Shown here in pieces: positions 52,272 to 63,792 of a stretch of 64,000 nt of DNA. The position numbers and the translations under genes are program-made. The DNA lies in assembly GCF_040938485.1 (NCBI RefSeq), contig NW_027271650.1:248001-312000 (forward strand), written 5' to 3'. The notes under the pieces were generated by a model. The model saw nothing but the letters and a program-made list of their open reading frames with translations. It searched no databases and was not told the DNA's origin. This stretch comes from Diadema antillarum (Eukaryota). Each line of letters opens with the position of its first letter. Position 1 is the stretch's first letter.

Positions 52272-53239
52272 TTCACATCTACAGCATCAAAATGCTAATG
52301 AGTGCACTTTACTGCACATACAAACATAATGGCTCGGAACATACATGTACACTGTACTTTCTTACTTATGGGACTTAGTGATGAGAAAAATCTCAGCATG
52401 AGAAGCAGAGAATGTGACAGGCGTGGTGAAGAGGACTTCATTGGATTCCCAATAGGGTGTTAATACCAGTCTGTGCAGGGCCAGGTGGGAACAACACAAC
52501 TACAGAGAACATACCCCTGGAATCAGACATTGCTCGAAGTTAAAACTTCAAATGAATTGTTCAAACTTCAGATGAATTGTTCAAACTTCAAATGAATCGC
52601 CCTGTACTGACAACAAATACACACACACACACAAAGATTCCATCATCCAATGTCGATATCTTATATAATCATCAATGAAAATGTGGATTTAGTAATCCTG
52701 TCTGATATTCCTAAAGATTGAAAAAAAAATCACAAACAAATACTTAAGTCATACTCGAACTTCCACTATAGGTCAAGCAGACTTGTATTTCCAGTTAAGG
52801 TTCAGAGGTCAAGGGGTCAATGCAGTTCAAGAGATTCTGCAGGAGATGGGGCAATAAGAGGAAGTTTGGTAACTGCTCATGGTAAGGGCAAACCAGCTAA
52901 AGCTGTGACTGTCTGTCTGCCTCAGATATCAAAAGACCTACAAACAACCAACAAATGTTTTCACATTATCTATAAGATACGATGCAGTGTTATCCAAGGC
53001 TAAATCAATAATCTTGTATCTTGGACATAAAACAATGAAGGTCCTAGACTGTTTCATCCTTCACTCACAATACTCTGAAAGGGGAGTACTTGTTCAGCTT
53101 TTGTTACAGCTACATATTATATTGATTTTTCACTCTTGATGCTCTCACATCAAGATAGCTGACCAAGTGCATGTCGCAGTGGCAAGCTATCTGTCATCTT
53201 TGGTGATAAGGCTCTGTAAGATAAATCACACCGTGTTAA

Positions 53240-53324
53240 CCTATCGAGGACGGACTGATTTTGCTATAACATGCATTCCCCACAGACACCTGCCCGAGAA
53301 TTCTCAGGACTCGTCTTCAAAGGG
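53240..53324. mobile_element. 85-bp piggyBac-type mini-element
   Basis: TTAA|CCTATCGAGGACG ... CGTCTTCAAAGGG|TTAA; imperfect TIR. Confidence 0.5.
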
Positions 53325-56300
53325 TTAAAGGGCCCTGCTGTCAAAGCAACCCTTTATCTCTTTATGTACCATGGTGTGCCATATTATTCTGAGACAGCAA
53401 TGTGGTCATCCATGCTTAAGGAAAACATTCTGTTTTTCAAATCTAAGTAACTTTAATAGATTTTGTTACCATTGGAATGCAATACGCAAAGTTGCAGAGA
53501 AAATGTCAAACCTTGATTTGATGTAAATAGCATGACAAATCTATGATTGTTTTTCTTAAAAATGACCAACAAAAATGACCAACAAATGGTAACTACATTA
53601 TTGAAAGGGCATGACTTGCACAGAAAACAGTGACAGAAACTAGACATCACTAGCAAAACCACTAGGGAATACCGGTTGATAGACAATCAAAACATACAAT
53701 ACATGCTACATGTGGCAGGAGCGGTACTGCCAGAAAAGCTTTCATTGTACTGTGGTGGCATTTGGCGATTTATCGATCGATTTGGGCGATTTGTGCATTT
53801 GAGCAGAATATGCGACCTTGGCACATCATCGACTGAGTCGGATGTGCGAATGTGGCACATAAAGAGTTAAGGATGTAGCCATCTAAACTCTCTGCCTGAA
53901 AGGTAACATACATGATGGGAACTGATTCCAGATATCACCAATGGTTGTAATATCTTATATCACTATCCATCACTGTACTCTCTCACGTCCTACACAAGCT
54001 CAGTTCTTGCTAATTATCAGCAAAGATTAATCAAGTTGTAAATTGAATGATTGTTCAAATATAGGTCAGGATGTAACCAAGCACTACTCACTACAGCAAA
54101 CATATCTCAACAGTGGGCAACAAATGCATGACAGTGGAAGGCAGAAATAGAAATTATTACCCACACTTATTTCAGTGAGGAGGATATAACTTAGGTTACC
54201 AAGAAAACACATTGATAGGCCTAATAAACTCAATCTACATACATCCTTTATCACATAAGGAATGCACATTGTCAATGTGTACACACAAGTTAAGGCTGAT
54301 TTTTTTTTTTCACACAACTTAGTTAAACTTGTAACAGAAACAAATTTCTTAATTTAATCATGCACAAGACCAAATGGTGAGTCCAAAATAAAATGATTGA
54401 AGATCAAGGCATAACAAACAAAAAATTGTATATCAAATAAATCTCATATCCTCTGCAGTCATTCATCTTTTCCGTTCAAATATACTAATATACTGCAAAT
54501 TTCAAGAGAGGGCTAGTGGCCACATTGAAGAATTTCTTAAACTCCATCTACAATTGTCCTCCTTTCACGGTCCAGGCAAGGGCAAAAACCTGTAAAACTG
54601 TATGTAGTCTGATTGTATCTTTAATTATGATGTAACACATATCTTGAGGAGTAATAACGGACATTGGTGGACAACCGGTCTTTACGTTTGGTAACATTCT
54701 TTTGGTGGCAGGGGAATAAGTTCCTTGGAGGAATCATTGATGGTGAGTGAGTGCTAATTACTGTTGTCATGACAACCAAGATGTTTGTAATACCGCCACA
54801 TCTTCACTGAAACTCTGCGGGGGTGGGTTGCGGATGATGTATGTAACAGAAGGACATTTACACAGATGTTGGGCATACTACAGAACCATTAAAACTATGG
54901 GCTATGAGTTTCATCTAAATGTCCGACCTTTTCAAATCTTTCTGTACAATGTACTCTATGCACTCTGTACCACTGTCTATGCTTAAACTAAAGGTGTATG
55001 TAAAGCTACAGATCATAGGTCAATGAACAGATAGATACACAGATGGATGAATAGATAAATAGATAGATGGATGGATAGACAGTTTGACAGACTGATAAAT
55101 AGCTGGATACATGAGAAGGAAAAGTGTATGTAAAGAGAGAAAGAAATAGTGCAAGAAAGAGAGAAGACATAGCATGAATAGAGTTTGATGTTTGCACTTT
55201 TGATAATCAACAACAAAATCATCTCTGTCTGTGACTCTCTCTTTTCACATAAACAGCCATGAACTACTCACAGACTTGTCTTAAGATCAACATTGGTACA
55301 TAAAGTGCAATAAGTTTTTGAAAAAGAATAAGAAGTCCAGCATTGGGGCATTAAGAACAATATTAGCAGAGTACATCATTTTCAGTTTACTTTCAATGCA
55401 AACCTTGCCTCCCTACATTTTATTTACATCTTTACCATGACCAAGGATTGATGTCCTTAGACTATTCATGGATTTAGCAAGTAGCAAAACAGCTTGCCTT
55501 GGATAAGTAGTGATATTTGGTCCATACATAGTGTCACATTGACATACATGTAGTTAAACTAGAATGTGAAGCATGCAACTTGGTGTAGGAGTCATAATCA
55601 ATGAACTACAAATTATAATGTCAACTACAGAAAAAAAAAATTCATAGAAAATATACTCAAAATACTATTAAAAAAAAATGACTTTAAGGATGTCACATTT
55701 CCTTTTATCCATAAGTTTGATAATCATGCGATGATTCTTTATATCCAGTCTTCACTCACCTTGGTGACAAAAATATACTTGTTTTTGTGTCAGGGTAAGA
55801 AGCGGAGATGTTGATGCAGGAACCGTTTGTGGTCAGTGTAATTAAACACACATTTACTTCAATTTGTGGTTTAAAATCAGAGGTGCTACTCTGAATATGC
55901 AAAAACTGAATTATCAAAGTTGAGACAGTTGCTTATTCTTTACAACTATGTCACAATACTATCGCCTGCAGACCAGCACAGCATTGACAAGTGCCCCTAC
56001 AACCCACCATCATCTACATGTACCCCTATCCATCCTTTGTAGATTACATGTATGTTCAAAATAACTGACCCGATCATCCTTCTTATCAAATATTACTGTA
56101 AAAACTCAAATGGTGGCTGTGTTATTTCATTTCCACAGTAGACACTTGGCAATGCTGTGACAGTGCACTGCGTGGTGAGGTCTAAATCGACACAGTTTTG
56201 TTGATTTTCTAAACAGTTGTTACGAGTTGGGGAAAAGAAATATCAAGTGTTGCTGCACAGTAACTCTGTATTACTAGAAGTGCACAAGTGAACCAGCAAA

Positions 56301-57157
56301 AGTGTGACCCTGCTCTGCGTGTTGCGTGTGGGTGTGTAAGATCACCTCATTCATTTGCACATAGCGTACTGACCTGACTGCTAGCAACTAAATTTTTACA
56401 TGTATATGCAATAGAATAGCCTCAGCATACCTCGCAACCATTCTTCTGGCAAGACTAGGTTTTCTGACTACGCATGTAATACATGCCATCATCAAAGTCA
56501 TCACAGGTGCTTTGTCGTAGTTAACTCTTTTTCATAACTTGGATAAAAGGACTTGAAACAGGCAGTGAGGAGATCGACTTAAAAAAAGGTGTTTTTATTT
56601 CTAATTCCCCTGTGCAACTGAGTAAAGACAAAACAACCCCCCCCCCCCTCATTTCTCCAGTGAATAGAACAACATTTTGCAAATAACGATTTGTGAGAGG
56701 CGCACATATTAGATGAATTAAAGGAGAGTAACTTAGGAGCAGTCAGTATGTTTCCCTGGCACCATGCCTCAAAAGATATAAGATCTGTACAGTATACAGT
56801 GTACATGTATCTCACATTGTGACTCTTATTGAAATATTCACACTAGTTAACTTGTGGCCACATGGAGAAAGTACATCCTTACATCACATAAAATAGAGGG
56901 CGCCTTTAACAATCCAGTAAAACATTTCAAGGGAAAATGTCATCAAGAAATCATTTTAAACATTCAAAGCTTAGCTCAAAAACAGTCTCTTCTCAACTCT
57001 GACTCATATCCAAGTGGTGCGAAAGATTTCATGGATATGGGCAGAGCTCGGAAAGAACGACGACCACCTTTACAATAAATATGACAGGCAAGCGATACAG
57101 AGCAGGATATGTTCGAGGGTATTCTGTACGACTCTATAGGGGCTCACAATTCCAACC

Positions 57158-59615
57158 TCAGGATTTCTCTGCTGCAGTTTCAGCAACGTCCATAGCCTCC
57201 TCCCCCTCTGCCTGCCCCGACCATCGCAGTAGTAGCTTGTGAATATCTCTGTGGCCCATGTCTGCGGCTAGCTGGAGGGGCGTGATGCCATTCATGCTTG
57301 CCGCGATGTCAGCTCCCGCGGAAACCAGAGCCTCACTTGCCTCCAGATGACCTGCACATGGTGAAACATGGAAACAATTTTGCAATCATTGCTCTTCTGA
57401 AAAAGATACAGCATCCCTTTATATGCTCATTATAAAATCTAGAATTACAGAATGTAATTCTTGCTCTTCTTTCGTTACTTTATCAACCATAAACAGGAAT
57501 AACTCTCATCAAATGGAGAGAAAATAATGTGTTTCTATCCAGTAGATGCTTGAAAAGAAATGCATTTAGAAAATTTGTTGGAGTTTGAACCTTACTTCAT
57601 CGAAAGCACAATGAAACACAGGCCAGAAAGGAAGATTGTCACACATCAGAAGACATCCATGAACCCTTGCATATTAAAGTCGAGATCACTATGTAATGTG
57701 GTGTCCTTCATAATTTTGCTGCTTACTTCAGCAGATTTCAACAGCATTGTTATCTCTAACTGGTCAGGTTTTGCTCTTAGGATGTGAAAAACCTGTCAAA
57801 ATTGAAGGATCAGTCCCTGCCTGTGCATCGGCAGTGTCTCACCTTGCATCACTGCCAAGTGAAGAGGGGTGGCGTCATCGCATTGAGGGTTGGGAATGTT
57901 GACGTCGGCGTTGCCTCGCGTCAGGAGAACCTGTATGCTGTCCACATAGTTCCAGTTGGCTGCCGTGTGCAAGGGGGTGTTGCCAGACTCCCCCGGCTCG
58001 TTGACTGGCAGGAAGTCTTTATGCTGTGAAGGAGAGAGAGAGACCAATTACATACAGAAATTATGCAATAATTACACCAAGCATTATGTACCGATCAAAT
58101 CTCTATTTAGTGCATGTGTGTGTTTGAGAGGGGAAGCGGTGGCTGAATATGCATGTCTAGATATGTTATCTATGCTTTAACAATTGCAATAAATTGTATA
58201 CAGTGCTACACCCGTAGCTTCTAGAGTATCACCTGGGCAATAATAAGTTTTATCAGCTGAAAGTAGACTGTACTTCAATTGCTACCTGCTAATTTTTCGT
58301 AATTGCAACATTTAGGTATTTTATTTCTTTTTTTTTCAGAGTATCCTTCGAATATGTTTCAGATTTCAATAGTGTAGGTTCTCTGTCTTCACTCTTTTAA
58401 ATGATTACAATCACCTTTCTCATCTGTTTGTAATCTCATACCTTGGTTATCAGGTAATGAAGAGCGTTACTCTGATTCGCCAGCACTGCAGCAAACGTCA
58501 AAGTTCTATCGTGATCATCCCGGACATTGGCTTCACCCTCCCGTCCCTAAGAAAGTAGTAGATGACACTAACATAGCCCTTCTTCACAGCCGCAAAGAGC
58601 CGATTTTGTGCGACAAACTCAGCACTATCTCCCACTTTGGCAGCACTTTTCTCTCCAGCCAAACCGGCATTTATACTTCCAGTGACCCGCCTGTAGAAAC
58701 CAACAATACTGGTCCAGATGCTAAGGAGCGCGAATGCACGTAGAGCCAGCAAGCATTGCGCGTGGGTACGGTTTCTTGTCGACACTCTCACTGCCGTCAG
58801 GAGTTGCTTGTATGCCTGAGTCTTTTGAGACGTTATCGTGTCAAGGATATCGAGGAAAACATGAGGTCCCTGCCCGCTGCACAGTTTGGTGGGGTACTCC
58901 TTCAGGATAGCAGTCATAATTCTGTTCAAGTCAGCAGGGCAAACTTTACCCTCCTTGTAGGCATCCCCGAAGGCCGCCATCAGTTCGTCAGCAATGATGC
59001 CAATCTCCAGTTTGTAGATCTCAAGACGCTGGTTGTCTGGGAATTCGGTCAGCCAGAACTGGGCAAAGTCCACAAAGTGATCCACGTCGCTGCACCAGGA
59101 CGTGAGATCATTCAGCATGTCAGTCGTCCGCTGGAGCCACTCCTTGACCACGTCCTCCGCGATGAACTGCAGGATGGTGTCGAAGTTAGTCTGGGCTGCT
59201 TCTCCGCTCCCAGACTTGTCGCTGCCTGAGCTGCTGCCCGAGCCAGGTCTCGACGTTCCCTTGACAGGCGGAAGAGGAGCCACGTCTTTGCGGAAGTTGA
59301 ACGCAGAGTTATTCGAGAGAGACTTGCTTTTGGCCGACTGGGGGCGCTTTCCAGATCTTGCCCTGGCTCCTCCCTTGTTACCAGGTGGGGTCTCGGCACG
59401 GCAAACCTATCATTTGTAACTCTCTGATGACGCCCTTGGTGGTCGGGCATCTGAATAAAGTCTCCATTTCCACCAATTCCACTTGACTTTTCACCATAGA
59501 TGCTTAAAGAGCTGAGCGGTCTGGAGAGATCTAAGTCATCCTCATCATCGCTGTCCCTTATTGTCAGTCTAGACACGCAGATGAGATCTCGCAAATCCTT
59601 AACACTACGAGTCAT
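57158..59615 (-). CDS. FAM220A-like: FAM220/SIPAR-like domain + ~5 C-terminal ankyrin repeats, ~516 aa; two 1-nt frameshifts in the assembled large exon
   Basis: Exons 59615-58442 (1174 nt; adding 2 nt gives 392 codons), 58023-57843 (181 nt), 57351-57158 (194 nt), GT-AG with matching phases. Ankyrin motifs GNTPLHTAA, ATPLHLAVMQGH, GITPLQLAADMGH. Segment 58923-58720 (RIMTAILKEYPTKLCS...FLDIL...YKQLL...LLALRAF) matches the C-terminal conserved part of human FAM220A as I remember it. Start codon (AAGATGA) is inferred. Confidence 0.75.
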
Positions 59616-59722
59616 CTTGCAGATATATGTGTCACTGAGAAACTGGAAGGAAAATCTGACAAGAAACTCGATGCCAAAGTCCTTGCCGTATAAATTTAAA
59701 TGCAGTTGGAAAGGACAGTGCA

Positions 59723-61514
59723 CTATCCGATTTGGACAACATTGATTTGAAGTTGGAGACGTACATCACATGCAAGCAGACCCAGGAAAACAAAAGTGGG
59801 AATTCGCAGACGACATCTGTATGCCAAGTTAAAGAAGAAGCTCAGTGTTCTGGTTAACATTGGGAACGGAGGCTCAGATGGAATGCGTGTCTTGATGGCA
59901 TGCTCTTGACGATTCCGGTAGTATTGCAACAGCCTGAAAATTATTCAGAGGTGTAAGAGAGAAGGACAATGACAGAGTGAAAGTACTGTACATTGTAATA
60001 ATGATACTCATAAATATTTGAAAGTTTGATGAGAAGATCCAATAAACAGCACAGTGTGATAGTAGATTTCTATACCAAATTATTAAGAAACTTCAAAGTG
60101 AAAGGCATTAGCTTTACATAACATACAGCCTTTTGTTGGTAATTTCTAGACACGTAATGCCATCAACAGCAATTGGAAGACAGAGATACATGTAATGTTG
60201 GAAATTGAGAGTACTTGCATTAGGCCGAATGTAGTTTGTGCTGGATATCTTATCACTATTGGATGAATCAACACACACACACACACTGATAACAGAAGGT
60301 ACTCCATCCAACTGGATCAATGCAGTAATGTCCAACGATGTAAATGGGCATGGGCATACACAGATGTTCCATAAACTCCACATTGTACCTGTTAACCTCA
60401 ATGTTTACTCGTAACTTTACTCCTTTCATGTGTATACTTGGGTGACCCGCACCTTGCCATAGTTAATGTTTATGCATATTTGAATCACATTTCGTTACTG
60501 AAATTCTATGAAATCCCATGTACATGGTGGAAAACTGCTCTAAATTCCAATGGAACCACCAGCGCTCCCATAGACTAAAGCACGTAAAAGACGTGTGCGG
60601 GTGACAGTGATGCTCCCATAGACAAGCACGTAAAAGATGCGTGCGGGTACTTACAACACGTAATCCCAATATAAATTTCAAATTTTCCCACAGTTTGCTT
60701 GTTTGTGGTAACCCTGTCAAGTTTCAGGCTTTTTAAGGGATACTGAACACAGTCCCGGGCATAAATTTTTGTTCAGTGTGCTTGTAGCAATCTTAAGCCG
60801 GGTGGCGGTATTCGGGCCCCTGGCGAGGTGCGGGCACCTCACTATAGACCTACTCAGCAGGGTTATTTTCAAAAGGCTTCTTCAAAACATGAAAATGTGT
60901 ATCATTTGCTCATATCCACTGACCAAGACATAACTTTTCCTCAAGACAAACACTGATGCCTATCACATCAAACTTCCAGCTGCTAGCTGTACATGTGATG
61001 ATGTGATCAACTTAAGTTCAAATCAAGGGCCAATTTTATTTTTTTTTTATTTTTTAGTTTACGTGTCCTGCTTCAAACACCCACTAGGAACTAGCATGTC
61101 AAAAAGAGCAGATCTCTCGTCAGGTACTGACTGACAATGCGATGTGACATAATCTAATTTTGAATTATCCATTGGCGTACAACAGAAAAATTTATTGCAC
61201 ACTTTACCACATCACATGATAGTGCCATGACATGATTCATTGATTGCCTTTTCACAATGACAGTACACATTGACACTGCACTAACACAGAAAGGCTAATT
61301 TGGGACTACACTAACACATTAGAACGAAATTGCTGTTTTCCCTCTCAGTAAAGCTTTATATAAACTCAGCAGTTTTCAACCCTATCCGTAGATCATTGCG
61401 ATAATTAAGGCTAACTTCTTCTGCATTTTAATCACATGAAACACATTATTCTATATAGAGGAAGGAAAGGTAAAGCCAACGAAAAGCAAAGAATGTCAGT
61501 TACCAAGGAGCCAT
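59723..61514 (-). CDS. SMIM10-like: SMIM10-family microprotein (73 aa), spliced upstream ORF of the FAM220-ankyrin transcript
   Basis: ACCATGG Kozak start at 61514; exon 61514-61504, donor GTAACT, acceptor ttttcag|G at 59933, stop at 59723. Product MAPWLLQYYRNRQEHAIKTRIPSEPPFPMLTRTLSFFFNLAYRCRLRIPTFVFLGLLACDVRLQLQINVVQIG. LTRTL..FF.LA.R.R...P.F.........VRLQ..I is an ungapped match to the SMIM10 core as recalled. The core lies wholly in the second exon; the exon-1 join is predicted. Confidence 0.75.
60564..60650. repeat. ~48-bp tandem duplication (gctcccatagac..aagcacgtaaaaga..gtgcgggt)
   Basis: Two adjacent imperfect copies. Confidence 0.7.
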
Positions 61515-61636
61515 GGTATCGTCAACGGGCCTCGGAAATGCCGTGGAATGGTTTCGCGCCGTACATATGGATCAACTGGACCGGTATATAGATCCTCAGA
61601 AAAGACGTGAGGGCATTCATTGGCTGCAGAGTGAAA

Positions 61637-61667
<31 letters not shown>

Positions 61668-61700
61668 CTATACCGAACGCAGGGCGGTGGAAATGGGATG
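61505..61700 (-). promoter_or_regulatory. Putative promoter/first exon of the SMIM10-FAM220 unit
   Basis: Locally CpG-rich; on the minus strand CAGCCAAT (~61619-61626), CTATATA (~61583-61589), then the Kozak ATG and donor; 31-nt G run at 61637-61667. Confidence 0.5.
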
Positions 61701-63792
61701 TGGGTCATCACAGCTCCCAGGGCCCCCTCTTTTCGTTTGTATGAAAATCGAAAAAAAAAAATCATCCAAAATTAAAAAAGGAAGAAAGAAAGAACTGGGC
61801 CCCGTCTTATAATGCCTTCAAATCAATCACAAGTCCCCAAATCAATCGCAACTTGCATTGAAGCTCACATAAAACTTGTGATTGATTTCTATCACAAGTC
61901 TTTATAAGACAGGCCCCTGGTCCAGCACTGAAGCCACCCCCCCCCCCCCCCCCCCCATTCCTGAAACGTTCTCCAGCCCCAGTTGCGATGGTATGTGGTG
62001 TTGTTGTTGTTGTTTTTGTTTGTTTTTTTTTTTTGCTGTTTTTTTTTGTTTTTTTTTTTTAGTTTTTTTTTTTTTGGGGGGGGGAGGTACTCTATTATAG
62101 CTTACCCTCCTTCCGTTGGCTCGTATAGCACCTCCCCCACCCCCATCCCCCCCCCCTCCTAAACACACACACTATACTGTACTCACCGACATTCTTCGGC
62201 CCCTGCAAGCACTGCCGAAAGATATTGTTCTTTATGGTCACTACAAATTCAAATAGGAGGAAATTCTTGTTCCGAACTCACATATAGAAACTATAATAGG
62301 CCTACTGAGAATAGAATTAACTTTTGACATGAAATAAGAATAAGAGGTTTCTATCTCTCTCTCTCTCTCTCTCTGTGACCAAGTGTGTTTGTGTGTACGT
62401 ATGTGTATGTCGAGTGAATCAGGAAACATCAAAACTAAAAACGGATCATGTAACTTTTAAACGATTACTAGTATAGGCCCTAACGCTGTTTCATGAATAC
62501 GATATTATCTATATGTAGGCACATAAACGTTACAAATTCTTTAACTTGTTTCCTTTTTTCTATTTTTTTTTTTTTTGCATATTGCATATATAGGTCACAT
62601 TTATACTACCTTTACAAGTTCTTTACCGTCTGTCTGCATTTTATATTTTTCCTTTTGTAGTATTTACTATACATCCGTAACTTGAACATTATATGAAATT
62701 GTACTTAAAAAAAAAAAACAAACAAACAAACACCGATTTTTATGCTTCTGTTGAGCCGTGTTTAGGTCTCCATAATCATAGTGCATTGAAAGGTGGGTAT
62801 AGCGCTTTTGACATCTGGTCGACTCGCCTTCTCTTCCTGTCTCTCTTGGTAGCTGTAATGAGTCATCATTTTAATCGCCAACGAGTGAAGCACAGAAAGC
62901 AGCTATAGTCTCGGCATATCTGGTGATTCAGTTCTCAAGTCATCGGTCCATGCTTTTCATTCATTGTCATTCATTCATTCATTCATTCATTCATTTTCAA
63001 TCTCCAACAAAAACATGAAAATGTATTGTTGTTTTTTTTTAGAAAACAAGCGCATATTGACATTACATCCCCAACAAAAGCAGGCAAACATGATTTTTAC
63101 AGAAAACAAGCGCATGATATTGACATTTCATCTCCAACAAAAAAACATGCAAATAGGATTTATTCTTTTACAGAAATTGAGTGCACAATATTGATATTTC
63201 AATGCAATAAACAGTTATACGTGGTTATATTCACAATTTCACACCTGCTGTTACTGCACTCCTATAAGGAGAAGGATCGGGGAGGAGGAAGGGGGGCAGA
63301 AAGGGAGAGGAAAATGATGACGATGAGAAACAGTGTTGGTGTAAGGTTAGGTGAGAGTCGCTAACGGAATGTATGATCATGATTTTGAAACAATGTGCCA
63401 AGGAAATATCTCAACTTGTTCGACGGACACGTCTGAAGCATGCTGTATAAAACCCGCAATTCATGCGAGTGACTTGCAATTCGAAAATCGATTACATAAC
63501 AGTGTTTTGACAGGGGTCTCGAAATGCGATGTCTTTTCTTGTTACATCCTAATCACCATGATCAAGCTGGAAGATAACACCATTAAAGGTGCTGTTTTGT
63601 TTAAACAACAGATTTACTATGGTAAAGACAAGGAAGTAATTTGCCGAGCTATCTCTCAGTCGCTGTTGCCACTAGACGCAATCATACCTGTGCCAGACGT
63701 TATTCAAAGCTGAGCTGACGCTTATATCCCGAAGTTGTGGACTCTCGGACGTTTACGGTAGACTCCATCACCTTCCATCGTTGATTGAAAAC

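Noticed and set aside
51200-57100. Additional protein-coding exons in the CpG-poor block (e.g. donor-like sites at ~55760 and ~55795)
   Set aside because: No open frame with recognisable motifs or consistent acceptor-donor pairs.
58498-59283. ORF-track 261-aa protein starting MAPLPP as a stand-alone gene
   Set aside because: The start is a GTG inside a longer open frame, and the end (MSGMITIEL*) is out-of-frame read-through in the middle of an ankyrin repeat.
58520-59410. Programmed -1 ribosomal frameshifting in the FAM220-ankyrin gene
   Set aside because: No X XXY YYZ slippery heptamer at either best-guess site; homopolymer contraction is simpler. A small intron tested at the first site gave the wrong phase.
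58756-59745. Plus-strand ORFs 58756-59229, 59102-59419 and 59500-59745
   Set aside because: Antisense shadows of the GC-rich minus-strand coding exon; no motifs.
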